From Candidatus Hydrogenedentota bacterium (GTDB taxonomy: Bacteria; Hydrogenedentota; Hydrogenedentia; Hydrogenedentales; JAEUWI01): a DNA stretch of 64,000 nucleotides. This document shows positions 1 to 9,385 of this stretch, in pieces; position 1 is the stretch's first letter; every line of letters starts with the position of its first letter. The stretch lies in the NCBI GenBank assembly GCA_034669905.1, contig JAXMOL010000005.1, positions 96,001 through 160,000 of the forward strand, given 5' to 3'. Position numbers and translations under genes: made by a program. The notes under the pieces were generated by a model. That model saw nothing but the letters and a program-made list of their open reading frames with translations, searched no databases and had not been told where the DNA came from.

Positions 1-195
1 GCCCTGGCCGGCGCCGGTTTCGTGGCGGCTGTGGCGCTTTTTTTACTCGTACTGGGAAGCCGTCAGAAGCGACGCGTCACGGTAGCCCGTGAGTATCCTG
101 CCCGCTGTTGTCATTATTATTTGAATGGCTTGACCGCCGCCATCGGACGTTATGAAGAGGGGGTTCGGGCACTGTCCTCCCGCCGGGGCGAATAG
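1..195 (+). CDS. Possible 3' end of an upstream membrane protein (partial)
   Basis: Frame 1 is open from base 1 to TAG at 193-195 and reads ALAGAGFVAAVALFLLVLGSRQKRR..., a hydrophobic stretch followed by basic residues. Confidence 0.25.
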   Translation, partial: ALAGAGFVAAVALFLLVLGSRQKRRVTVAREYPARCCHYYLNGLTAAIGRYEEGVRALSSRRGE

Positions 196-365
196 GGAGC
201 CGTCTACGCCCCCAATTATTCCGCACCAATATCCTTTTGAATAGGGAGCGCGCGAGGTCGTCCTGTATGCAGGTGCTACCGATTGGAACGCATCCCCGGA
301 GCGTACTGAAATCGGGTAACACCAAACATGCACTGGCAGTATTTTTTTGCTACAATATCGGCGAT

Positions 366-399
366 TGCGGCAAAACGCGAAACCGTATTAAATACTGTT
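366..399 (+). promoter_or_regulatory. Candidate ECF-type promoter
   Basis: TGCGG...CGTATTAAATACTGTT; the 16-mer matches 1188-1203 at 12/16 positions. Confidence 0.35.
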
Positions 400-437
400 T
401 ACTTGTATAAAACCACCGGTAGTACAAAGGAGAACCC

Positions 438-1103
438 ATGAACAAAGCACGTTTTGGAATCAGCCTGGCCCTGGCCCTGCTCGTATGCAGCTTCGTCGCC
501 CCGGCCGCACTGGCTGAAGACATGGAAGCCATCAACATCGAATTGCCCGAAGCCTTCTTCGGCGGAACGCCCATTGATTACTGGGGTCCGAACCTGGAGC
601 CCGAAGACTACAAAGACCGTCCCCCCTTCATGGCTCCCAAGGGCACGGCCATCGTATCCAAAGGCAAGCCCGTAACGGCCAGTGCCGAACCCACCGTGGG
701 TGAGAAGAAGCAGCTCACCGATGGCGACAAGGACTACGCCAAGACCAGCCTCATCGAATTGCCCGAAGGGCTTCAGTGGATGCAGGTTGACCTCGAAAAG
801 ACCACCGAGGTGTATGCCGTTGTCGTGTGGAAATTCCACGAAGGAAAACGCGTGTACTTCGATCTGGTCGCCCAGGTTTCCGATGATCCGGAATTCAAAG
901 AAGGCGTGACCACCATCTACAACAATGACTTCGACAACTCCGCCGGTCTGGGCGTGGGCGAAGACAAAGAATACATCGAAAGCAACAAAGGTCGCTTGAT
1001 CGATGCCAAGGGTGCCAAGGGCCGTTACGTCCGCGTTTATGGCAAAGGCAGCACCGCCAACGACTTCAACCACTTCATCGAAGTGGAAGTCTGGGGCAAG
1101 TAA
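438..1103 (+). CDS. Secreted discoidin/F5-8 type C-like (galactose-binding fold) protein, paralogue 1
   Basis: AGGAG RBS, signal peptide ending ALA-E, motifs LTDGDK, QWMQVDLE, GRYVRVY, IEVEVWG. Confidence 0.8.
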   Translation: MNKARFGISLALALLVCSFVAPAALAEDMEAINIELPEAFFGGTPIDYWGPNLEPEDYKDRPPFMAPKGTAIVSKGKPVTASAEPTVGEKKQLTDGDKDYAKTSLIELPEGLQWMQVDLEKTTEVYAVVVWKFHEGKRVYFDLVAQVSDDPEFKEGVTTIYNNDFDNSAGLGVGEDKEYIESNKGRLIDAKGAKGRYVRVYGKGSTANDFNHFIEVEVWGK

Positions 1104-1128
1104 GCCACCCCCTACATTTTTCTATGCC

Positions 1129-1166
1129 GCACCCCCGAATATAGATTCGGGGGTGTTATTTATTTC
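1129..1166 (+). terminator. Rho-independent terminator
   Basis: GCACCCCCGAAT-ATAG-ATTCGGGGGTGT followed by TATTTATTT. Confidence 0.75.
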
Positions 1167-1203
1167 TGCGGATTTCCTTTTCGGTGTCGTAATATAGACA
1201 GTT
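1167..1203 (+). promoter_or_regulatory. Candidate autoregulatory ECF promoter
   Basis: TGCGG-N16-CGTAATATAGACAGTT, between the terminator and the sigma gene RBS. Confidence 0.45.
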
Positions 1204-1218
1204 GATACCGGAGGAAGC

Positions 1219-2988
1219 ATGGAAATTTCCGATACCACCCTGCTGCGAAGATGGCAACGCAGTGCGGACAGCGACGCCTTTGCCGAGATTGTGGCCCGTC
1301 ACTCCGCCATGGTCTTTGCCACGTCCAACCGCATTCTGCGCAACCCGGCAGACGCCGAAGACGTGACGCAAGAGTGCTTCATGGAGTTGGGCGGCGTTCG
1401 TACGCTCCTGGGGAATACCCTGGGCGGGCTCCTGCACACCCTGGCGACCCATCGCTCCCTGGACCGAATCAAGAGCGATTCCCGCAGACGGGAGCGCGAA
1501 ATCCGTTACGCCATGGGTCGTCCGGTCAGTTGCACCACCGGATGGGATGACCTTCAACCCCACATCGACGGGGCCATCGCCAACCTGCCCATCAAATACC
1601 GCGAGTGCCTCATTCGGCACTATCTCGAAGGCCAGACCCACGCCACTGTTGCCCAGACCCTGGGTGTCGCCGAGTCCACCGTGCGGTATCGACTCACGAA
1701 AGGTATTGAACGGGTACGTGCCGACCTGCGGCGCAAGAAAGTCATCGCAACGGCGGATTCTCTGGGGACCCTACTCGACGATAGTCGGTCAGAAACTCCC
1801 AGCACCGTGTTGGCGACCAACCTGGGAAAATTGTCCGTGGCTGGTCCGGGTCCCGCTGTACCCTCCGCCACGGCCGTTGCGCTGGCGAGCGGAACCATCC
1901 TCGCGAAGAAGGCACTCACCGTGGTGCTCCTCATCGGGTTGGCGGGACTCCTTGCCTGGACGGTAAAACCCGGAGCGCCCCCCTCGAATACCCCCGCACC
2001 TATTGCGACCAACAATACCGTGGAGACGGCATCCGAAGAAGACGAAGGCGAGACGATCAACCCCATGCCGGACGCTCCCGTTCCCACGCCGCTCACGACA
2101 CCACGCGGATTGCCGGATGCCGAAGAAACCGTTGCGGTAGTTCCGGCTACCGAGACGCCGGAGCCCGCACTGGAGCCAGCACCGCCCTCCCAACCCAACG
2201 ACGAGGAGATGGTCGCGGCCATTCCGGTAACCGAAGCGCCGGAGCCCACACTCGAGCCAACACCGATCTCCCAACCCAACAACGAGGAGATGGTCGCGGC
2301 CATTCCCGTGCCCGAAGCACCGGTGGCCGAGACCGAAGAGACCGGCCCCCCTGCGCCCTCACAGGAATCGGAATCGATGGCAACGCCGCCCATCGTGGTG
2401 GCACATCTTGAAGCCATCCACATCGACTTGCCCGAAGCCTTCTTCGGCGGAACGCCACTGGATTATTGGGGCCCAAACCTCGAGCCCGAAAACTATAACG
2501 ACCGACCACCGGTTATGGCGCCCATCGGAACGGCCATTGTGTCGGCAGGAAAACCGGTTACGGCCAGCAGTGTGCCCACGGTTGGCGTGCTGCGACAGTT
2601 GACGGACGGCGATAAGGATTATGCCAAGACAAGCCTCGTGGAATTGCCCGATGGCCTCCAATGGGTTCAAGTGGATCTGGAAGAGACCTACACCATTCAT
2701 GCGCTGCTCCTCTGGAAATTTCACGAAGGGAAACGCATCTATTTCGATCTCGTTGTCCAGCTTTCCGACGACCCCGAATTCGAAGAAGGAGTGACCACCC
2801 TCTACAACAATGACTACGACAACTCGGCCGGCCTTGGTGTGGGCACCGACAAAGAGTACATCGAGAGCTACAAGGGCCGTCTCATCGACGCCGAGGGCAT
2901 TACCGGCCGCTATATTCGGGTCTATGGAAAAGGCAACACGGCCAATGATTTTAACCACTTTATCGAAATAGAAGTTTGGGGCCAATAG
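1219..2988 (+). CDS. ECF sigma-70 factor fused to a TM helix, a Pro/Glu-rich stalk and a C-terminal discoidin-like domain
   Basis: Region 2 (DAEDVTQECF), region 4 (LPIKYRECL...VAQTLGVAESTVRYRL), TM (ALTVVLLIGLAGLLAW); the C-terminal ~190 aa are highly similar to 438-1103. Confidence 0.85.
   Translation: MEISDTTLLRRWQRSADSDAFAEIVARHSAMVFATSNRILRNPADAEDVTQECFMELGGVRTLLGNTLGGLLHTLATHRSLDRIKSDSRRREREIRYAMGRPVSCTTGWDDLQPHIDGAIANLPIKYRECLIRHYLEGQTHATVAQTLGVAESTVRYRLTKGIERVRADLRRKKVIATADSLGTLLDDSRSETPSTVLATNLGKLSVAGPGPAVPSATAVALASGTILAKKALTVVLLIGLAGLLAWTVKPGAPPSNTPAPIATNNTVETASEEDEGETINPMPDAPVPTPLTTPRGLPDAEETVAVVPATETPEPALEPAPPSQPNDEEMVAAIPVTEAPEPTLEPTPISQPNNEEMVAAIPVPEAPVAETEETGPPAPSQESESMATPPIVVAHLEAIHIDLPEAFFGGTPLDYWGPNLEPENYNDRPPVMAPIGTAIVSAGKPVTASSVPTVGVLRQLTDGDKDYAKTSLVELPDGLQWVQVDLEETYTIHALLLWKFHEGKRIYFDLVVQLSDDPEFEEGVTTLYNNDYDNSAGLGVGTDKEYIESYKGRLIDAEGITGRYIRVYGKGNTANDFNHFIEIEVWGQ
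2140..2322 (+). repeat. In-frame 81-bp tandem repeat (about 2.3 copies) in the ECF stalk
   Basis: Units start at 2140, 2221 and 2302 and encode ...PEP(A/T)LEP..SQPN(D/N)EEMVAAIPV. Confidence 0.85.
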
Positions 2989-3034
2989 GTGGCCCCGCGA
3001 ATTCCGCGGCCGCTAAAACCAGGAGACACATCGA

Positions 3035-3694
3035 ATGGGCATCCAGCATTTTTTCCAGGTCATCATCATCCTCACGACCATCCTTTGCGGTTCCACCGCC
3101 CTGGCGGGTGAAGGAAAACCATTGGCGATAGAATTACCCGAGCCCTTTGAGGGAGGCACGCCGGTCCCCCACTTCAGCCCCAATTTTGAGCCCTACGACT
3201 ACCGGGATCGTCCGCCTTTCCTGGCTCCCGAAGGGACCACGATTATTTCCACCGGCAAGCCCGTTACGGCCAGTGCCAAACCCACGGCGGGCTCCCTGGA
3301 GCGTATTACCGACGGCGACAAAGCCTATGGGTTCTCGCACATGGTCGAATTACCGGAGGGCTTACAGTGGGTGCAGGTCGATCTGGGTGCTGCCCATGAG
3401 CTCTACGCCGTGCTGCTCTGGCATGCCCACGAAGGGCGCCAGGTCTATTTCGATGTCATCGGCCAGGTATCCAACGACCCGGCGTTCAAGCAGGACGTGA
3501 CGACCATCTACAACAATGACTACGACGATTCGGCAGGCATGGGCGTGGGCGAAGACAAGGAGTATGAAGACAGCCATCAGGGACGACTTATTGACACGAA
3601 GGGCGTCAAGGCGCGCTACATCCGCTTCTACAGTCAGGGCAGCACCAAAGGTGAGTTTAACGACTACACAGAGATTGAGGTCTGGGGCAAGTAG
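3035..3694 (+). CDS. Secreted discoidin-like protein, paralogue 3
   Basis: Signal peptide; IELPEPFEGGTP, QWVQVDLG, YNNDYD, EIEVWGK. Confidence 0.8.
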   Translation: MGIQHFFQVIIILTTILCGSTALAGEGKPLAIELPEPFEGGTPVPHFSPNFEPYDYRDRPPFLAPEGTTIISTGKPVTASAKPTAGSLERITDGDKAYGFSHMVELPEGLQWVQVDLGAAHELYAVLLWHAHEGRQVYFDVIGQVSNDPAFKQDVTTIYNNDYDDSAGMGVGEDKEYEDSHQGRLIDTKGVKARYIRFYSQGSTKGEFNDYTEIEVWGK

Positions 3695-4023
3695 GCCCTT
3701 GTGCAGCTTCCGCAGTTGACCCATCGAGGACCTACAAACCTCTGTGGGGCCAGAGTCACCCCGTCCGTATCATGAGACTTATCGTTGCCGGGTATTAGCC
3801 CGATGAATTGGCGCTCGATCACAGTCTGTTTCGTCGGCTTCGCAATTCGTCGGCTCCATACGCACGAACCCGTCCAACTCGTTGCACTCGCCATTTGGGG
3901 ATCGCGCGGCACGACCAGACGTCAATTGCTATCGATGGAGAACACGGCACACAATTGCCCTCCTACCGTCCCTTGGGCTACCATGGTGGGGTCTGAAACG
4001 CCTGTATTGTTGGAGCTAAAACC

Positions 4024-4686
4024 ATGTTGTACACCCGCCTTTTACTCAGTGCCCTTTTCCTTGGCGCGGCCCTTATAGCCGCCGCTGAAAAAGAGGAAGC
4101 CCTGACGTTTGAATTACCCGAACCCTTTTACGGGGGCACGGTCGTCTCTTACTTCAGCCCCCACCTTGACTCGCGCATCTACGTGGACCGCGAGCCCGTG
4201 ATGGCCCCCAAAGGGACCAGCGTGATTTCCCGAGATAAGCCCGTCACCTCCAGCGCAGCCCCCCTGCTGGGCTCTCTGCAGCAAATCAACGACGGGGACA
4301 AGGAATACGACAAGGGCAGCCTGGTCGAACTACCGGAGGGCAAGCAGTGGGTGCAGATTGACCTTGGCAAACCCCACGCGATTTATGCGGTGCTCTTATG
4401 GCACTTTCATGAGGGGGGCCGGGTCTATTTTGACGTGGTGGGACAGATTTCCGATGACCCCGAGTTTAAGGAAGACGTGACTACTATCTTCAACAACGAT
4501 TATGACAACTCCAGTGGTCTGGGCAAAGGGACGGATAAGGAATACATCGAGAACAGCGATGGCCGTCTCTTCCGCGCCGATGCGGTTTCGGGACGCTACG
4601 TGCGCTTTTACAGCCGGGGCAACACGACCCACGACTTCAACAACTACGTCGAACTCGAAGTATGGGGAAAGAAGGCTGACGAGTGA
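4024..4686 (+). CDS. Secreted discoidin-like protein, paralogue 4
   Basis: Signal peptide; ELPEPFYGGT, QWVQIDLG, FNNDYD, ELEVWGK. Confidence 0.8.
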   Translation: MLYTRLLLSALFLGAALIAAAEKEEALTFELPEPFYGGTVVSYFSPHLDSRIYVDREPVMAPKGTSVISRDKPVTSSAAPLLGSLQQINDGDKEYDKGSLVELPEGKQWVQIDLGKPHAIYAVLLWHFHEGGRVYFDVVGQISDDPEFKEDVTTIFNNDYDNSSGLGKGTDKEYIENSDGRLFRADAVSGRYVRFYSRGNTTHDFNNYVELEVWGKKADE

Positions 4687-4721
4687 AGTTTGAAGGGTGA
4701 AGGGTGAAGGGTGAAGGGTGA
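4684..4721 (+). repeat. Heptamer tandem repeat (TGAAGGG)x4 with degenerate flanks
   Basis: tgaagtt tgaaggg tgaaggg tgaaggg tgaaggg tga, beginning at the stop codon. Confidence 0.85.
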
Positions 4722-4790
4722 GATTGGTTCAGTTGGCTCGCCTCCTTTGTGCTCAGGCAGAAACAAAACCGCTAATTCGATTGGAAATTC

Positions 4791-6386
4791 TTGAATACAC
4801 TGCGTCCTATCTACATGCTCGTGCTGTTACTCATCCTCGGTACGGCCATTTTTCTGCGCTTCCACGATCTGGGGTATCGCCCCATGCACGGCGACGAGGC
4901 CAATCAGGCCATCAAAACGGGCAAGCTGCTGGAAGACGGCACCTATATCTATGACCCCTTCGAGCACCATGGTCCGACCCTCTATTACTTGAGTCTTCCC
5001 GTGCTCTGGCTCAACGGCGCGACGACTATTCAGGAGGTCAGCGAGCCCATGCTGCGGGTAGTGCCCGCGCTCTTTGGGGTCGGGCTGGTGCTCCTTTCAT
5101 GGTTGCTGGTGGTGCCCCTGTCGCGCACCGGAGCGCTCTGGGCCGCCCTGTTGACCACCGTCTCCCACGGGTTGACCTACTACAGCCGCTACTACGTCCA
5201 GGAAATTTCCTTCGTTTTTCTGGCGGCCGCCGTGCTCCTCTGTGCCTACCATTACCTGCGTACGCGCCACCTCCGCTGGGCACTGGGCCTCGGACTCGCG
5301 CTGGGACTGCTCCATGCCACCAAAGAGACCAGCTTGCTGGTGGTCATCGCCATGGCGGGCGCCCTTACGGCGGTCCTGCTGTGGGAGCGTTTCGTGACAC
5401 GTCGCCCGGTCACCCCTTCCCTGTCGTGGAAGCACGGAGCCGCCGCGTTGGCCGTTGCCGCGGGCACTTCGATCCTTTTCTTCTCTTCCTTTTTCAGCCA
5501 CGCCCGCGGCCCCTTGGATTCCCTCCTCACCTACAGCACCTATCTCAACCGCGCCGAGGGGCATGGCAGCAGTGGGCTCCACGAACAGCCGTGGTATTAC
5601 TACCTCTCCTTGCTGACCTGGACCTATCGGAGTGCCGGCCCCAAGTGGAGTGAGGGTCTCATCCTCGGCCTCGCCGCTTTGGGTGGGCTTTGGTGTTTCT
5701 GTTGTCCATCGGGCTGCAACCGGAAGACGGATGAGAACCATCCGAAAGCCGACCGACTGCGCCCCCTCTTTACCCGCTTTCTCGTGGTCTATACCCTTTT
5801 ACTCACGGTGGGTTTTTCGATTATCCCCTACAAGACCCCGTGGAACCTGATGATTTTTCTCCATCCCCTCTGCCTTCTTGCCGGGCTGGGCGTCGCACGA
5901 CTCACGGGAGCACCCCGATGGAAATCCCTTCGCGTGGTGCTGGCCCTGTTGGTTGTTGCGGGCGCGGTCCAGCTCACCCAACAGACCTGGCGGGGAATCT
6001 TTACCTACGGGGCTGATGTACGCAATCCCTACGCCTATGCCCATACGTCCTCCGCTATTTATCGACTCCGTGACCGGGTGGCCGACATCGCGGCCGTTCA
6101 TCCCCAGGGCAATGCGATTCACATCAACGTATTTCGATTCGACGGCGACTACTGGCCCCTGCCCTGGTATCTGCGGGCCTATCCCAATGTGGGCTACTGG
6201 CCCAACTTCCCCGAGAATTGTGATGCGGACATGCTCATCACCAGTCCGGAGGTGGCCCCCGCCTTGCAGCCCCGTCTCAAGAAGGAATACCAGATTGAGA
6301 TGAACGGACTCCGCCCCAGCGTGCTCATGCCGACCTTCATCCGCAAAGAGCTGTGGGATGAGTTTATGAAGACCCGGGGTGGGTGA
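4791..6386 (+). CDS. GT-C/PMT-like membrane glycosyltransferase, TIGR03663 (Agl23-like) family
   Basis: RPMHGDEA, YDPxxHHGPTL, YYSRY, TKE, KTPW and DYWPLPWYLR motifs; many TM segments. Confidence 0.75.
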   Translation: MNTLRPIYMLVLLLILGTAIFLRFHDLGYRPMHGDEANQAIKTGKLLEDGTYIYDPFEHHGPTLYYLSLPVLWLNGATTIQEVSEPMLRVVPALFGVGLVLLSWLLVVPLSRTGALWAALLTTVSHGLTYYSRYYVQEISFVFLAAAVLLCAYHYLRTRHLRWALGLGLALGLLHATKETSLLVVIAMAGALTAVLLWERFVTRRPVTPSLSWKHGAAALAVAAGTSILFFSSFFSHARGPLDSLLTYSTYLNRAEGHGSSGLHEQPWYYYLSLLTWTYRSAGPKWSEGLILGLAALGGLWCFCCPSGCNRKTDENHPKADRLRPLFTRFLVVYTLLLTVGFSIIPYKTPWNLMIFLHPLCLLAGLGVARLTGAPRWKSLRVVLALLVVAGAVQLTQQTWRGIFTYGADVRNPYAYAHTSSAIYRLRDRVADIAAVHPQGNAIHINVFRFDGDYWPLPWYLRAYPNVGYWPNFPENCDADMLITSPEVAPALQPRLKKEYQIEMNGLRPSVLMPTFIRKELWDEFMKTRGG

Positions 6387-6454
6387 CCGTATTCAAGGTT
6401 CTCCAAATGGATTGTTGGACTTACGATGATCCGCCGTTGCGAAATAGGATTTCA

Positions 6455-6537
6455 CTCCCCTCCTTGGAGGGGCCGGGGGTGGGTCAAGTCACAGAAGGCA
6501 TCGCCAACCCACCCCTAACTCCTCCCAGGAGGGGAAT
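6455..6537. repeat. REP-like inverted pair
   Basis: TCCCCTCCTTGGAGGGGCCGGGGGTGGGT ... ACCCACCCCTAACTCCTCCCAGGAGGGGA, between convergent genes. Confidence 0.75.
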
Positions 6538-6602
6538 CATCCAGCCCTCTACGAAAGCGTCACTGGTGAGAGAGGCGGGCTTTTCTTACTATCCAACCCG
6601 AG

Positions 6603-7976
6603 CTACTCCGCCAGCTGCAGCGACCGCGCCATCCAATAGGGCAACAGGTAGTCCACCCCCGGATAGGCCACGGGCCGTAATTCGACATCGGGCAAACGGG
6701 CGGGGGGCCGCTGCCAGATGAAATCCCGCATGGAACGTTGTCGCACGAAGAGAGCCCCTGGCGCATACTCGCCCGTCGTTGCATCCGCCACAGGCTCGGG
6801 CACGTGGAGAAACTTGTCCTCTGGAAAATCCAGGAGCCCCCCTTCCAAGGTCGCGATGGCCCCACGATCCCGAACGCCCGTAGCCACCAGGTAGATCGCG
6901 GCGAAGTGGGCATTCAGATGGGTGGACAGGTGCGCGCGGTAGTTCCGACGCAATACCTCCTGATAGGCCGCGCGACGACGGGGCGACTCCTCCAGCGTGC
7001 AGAGGGTAAACATGCGAATCATGTCCAGATTGTTGGGATAGTAGCGGTCCTCCGCCACATCCCGCAGCCCCGGACCCAGCCAGCGATCCACCACAAAGAA
7101 TAACCAACTGCCAAACGCGTAGTAGCCCCGCACCTCCCGAAAGGTGTCCGGACTTACCGTAAGCATGAGGCGCAACCAGGCCACATAGAAACTCGGGTTG
7201 GGCAGCTCCACGTTTCCCCGTTCATCCAGCAGGAGAAAGTTATCGCGAATCAAAGCCGTCCCCACCCGCTCGACCAGGGCCCGTACCTTCGCCCGAATGG
7301 CGCCGTCTTCCACGTTGCGCCACACGGCCGCACAGCCAAAATGGATACCATCATAGGTATCGCGGGAACTGTCGCCCAGCCAGATGAATTCCTCCCACGG
7401 TGCCACGCCAGGAAAGGCCCGGGCGCCAAAGCCAGGTCGCAAGAAAGCGGGACCGCCATACTGGGCATAGTAGGGCTGATAAAAGGGATCGGAAGCCGGC
7501 CCCAGGTAGCGCGCCACGTAGCCGTCCTTCCCACTCACGCGGGTCAGGTTGTCCAGCGCATCCAAGGTCCCGGAGATGGCCGCGAGCACCCCGTCACTGG
7601 GGGCCACGCGGTATTGAAAGGCCAGCGCCGCGAGATAGTGTCCGGTCCAGATAGCACCGTCACCGAGGCCGTCATACTGCAGAAGCGTCTTCCGGGTCCG
7701 GTCTGCCCACCGAAGATCCACCGTATAGCCATGGGGCTGGTGTTCCGCCTGGTAGGCCGAAAGGTAGAAATCCGCCTTCTCCCGCAACACGGCGGCCTGT
7801 CCGGCGTAGAGCCCGGGCCATACGGCAAAGCGTCCTTCCCGCACGTGATGAAGTGCCCCATCTTGCTCCACCGTGAGGCCTTGGGCAAAAACGTGGCTGG
7901 ACAAGAGCAGCACTGCCATCAGGCCCGCCCAGGCGGTACGTAGCTTCGGGTCCCTTACACGGGAATCACTGTTCAT
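6603..7976 (-). CDS. Secreted hypothetical protein (possibly an alpha/alpha-toroid enzyme)
   Basis: Long ORF, AAGGAG RBS, signal peptide ending VFA-Q; motifs DGAIWTGHYLAA, GDSSRDTYDG, GVDYLLPYWMAR. Confidence 0.7.
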   Translation of the reverse strand: MNSDSRVRDPKLRTAWAGLMAVLLLSSHVFAQGLTVEQDGALHHVREGRFAVWPGLYAGQAAVLREKADFYLSAYQAEHQPHGYTVDLRWADRTRKTLLQYDGLGDGAIWTGHYLAALAFQYRVAPSDGVLAAISGTLDALDNLTRVSGKDGYVARYLGPASDPFYQPYYAQYGGPAFLRPGFGARAFPGVAPWEEFIWLGDSSRDTYDGIHFGCAAVWRNVEDGAIRAKVRALVERVGTALIRDNFLLLDERGNVELPNPSFYVAWLRLMLTVSPDTFREVRGYYAFGSWLFFVVDRWLGPGLRDVAEDRYYPNNLDMIRMFTLCTLEESPRRRAAYQEVLRRNYRAHLSTHLNAHFAAIYLVATGVRDRGAIATLEGGLLDFPEDKFLHVPEPVADATTGEYAPGALFVRQRSMRDFIWQRPPARLPDVELRPVAYPGVDYLLPYWMARSLQLAE

Positions 7977-8228
7977 TGACGCTCCTTTTTTCGAGGCCAT
8001 CAGGATACGACAAAGCATGGTGGGTAATCAGCTTGCCTACCTGAGAGAAAAACCATCAACCGCAATGCCCGTCGTACTGTTGGATGGCAAGGGCAGCCCC
8101 TCCCAGGGCGCACGTCGGGAATGGTAGTCGTGCCGCGCGATCTTCGTATAACGAGTCTAAACGAGTTCGGCAAAGTTCGTGCGCTTCCATTTTTCGTCTA
8201 CCAGCGCACACGACATCCCATGGAGGAA

Positions 8229-8267
8229 TCAAATCGGTTTGAGAAATCGCCAATGCTGGGCTATAGT
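8229..8267 (+). promoter_or_regulatory. Sigma-70 promoter overlapped by a LacI-type operator
   Basis: TTGAGA(8239)-N17-TATAGT(8262); near-palindrome TCAAATCGGTTTGA at 8229-8242. Confidence 0.55.
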
Positions 8268-8299
8268 GGCTTATCACCTCACCTTGGAAGGAGTGCTGT

Positions 8300-9385
8300 A
8301 TGAAAGCCCTGGTCTTGAAGGCCCCCGAAAAACTGGAAGTAGCCGATGTGCCCGAGTTTGCGCCCGCGCCGGGTCAGGCCATCGTTCGGGTAAACAACTG
8401 TGGCATCTGCGGCAGTGACGTCCGCTATTTTTATGGGGAAAACCCCTGGGCGAAGCAGACCCTCGGTGAAAACATCGCCAATCCGCCCAACACCATCCTG
8501 GGCCATGAGTTCACGGGCGTGGTGGAGGCCGTTCACGACGAACAGGACCAGGCGCTCGTGGGCCAACGGGTGGCGGTGAACACCTTTATCACCTGCGGAC
8601 GCTGTGACTACTGCCGGGCCGGGCAGGAAAACATCTGTGCCCACACCAAGCACCTGGGCCACGGACAGGGTTGGGACGAGATGGATTTCTATCCCGGCGG
8701 CATGGCCGAGCGCTGTCCCGTTTTTGCCAATCAGGTCTACCCCCTGCCGGACCACGTGAGCAATGAGCAGGCCACCTTTCTCGACCCTATGATTGCCGCC
8801 CTCCACGCGACCGATGTGGGTGCGCCCACGTTGCTGGACGACGTGGCGATTCTTGGCGCTGGGCCTATCGGGTTGCTCATTGGCCAATTCGCCAAGGCCT
8901 ATGGGGCAAACCGGATGTTTATCTCCGATATTGCCGAGGAAAACCTGGCGGTGGCGCGGACGACAGGGCTGGGCAATGCGCTCAATGTCAGTGAAAACGA
9001 ATCGGCGCTCTACGCGTGCGTGATGGACACCACGGGCGGCATGGGCGTTCACATCGTCTACAACACCATAGGCACCCAGGCAAGTATTGAGCAGAGCCTC
9101 CGCATGCTGCGCAAGGGGGGCACGCTGGTTCTGCTTGCCACGAAAGACGCGAAGATTTCCTTTCCCGCGCTCCTGCTCAGCGGTGAGCGCACGATCAGGA
9201 CCTCGTCGAACGCGATGTATTCTGATTTCCCCCGCGCCCTGGAAATGCTCGCTTCCGGCATTGTGGATGTAGAGCCCCTCATCTCCCACCGCTTCCCCCT
9301 GACGGCTGCTTTGGAGGCCTTTGAGGTGGCGTGTCACAAGGCCACCTCGGGTGCCATCAAAGTCGTATTGGATTGCCAGTCATGA
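8300..9385 (+). CDS. Zinc-dependent alcohol/polyol dehydrogenase
   Basis: GICGSD, LGHEFTG, CGRCDYCxxxxxxxC, GAGPIG. Confidence 0.9.
   Translation: MKALVLKAPEKLEVADVPEFAPAPGQAIVRVNNCGICGSDVRYFYGENPWAKQTLGENIANPPNTILGHEFTGVVEAVHDEQDQALVGQRVAVNTFITCGRCDYCRAGQENICAHTKHLGHGQGWDEMDFYPGGMAERCPVFANQVYPLPDHVSNEQATFLDPMIAALHATDVGAPTLLDDVAILGAGPIGLLIGQFAKAYGANRMFISDIAEENLAVARTTGLGNALNVSENESALYACVMDTTGGMGVHIVYNTIGTQASIEQSLRMLRKGGTLVLLATKDAKISFPALLLSGERTIRTSSNAMYSDFPRALEMLASGIVDVEPLISHRFPLTAALEAFEVACHKATSGAIKVVLDCQS

Noticed and set aside
3700..4020. Possible ncRNA or ribozyme in the intergenic gap (TTCGTCGGCT direct repeat, small hairpins)
   Set aside because: No hammerhead core or riboswitch consensus could be matched.
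6383..6721. 112-aa ORF after the GT-C gene
   Set aside because: It spans a REP pair and overlaps the convergent gene.
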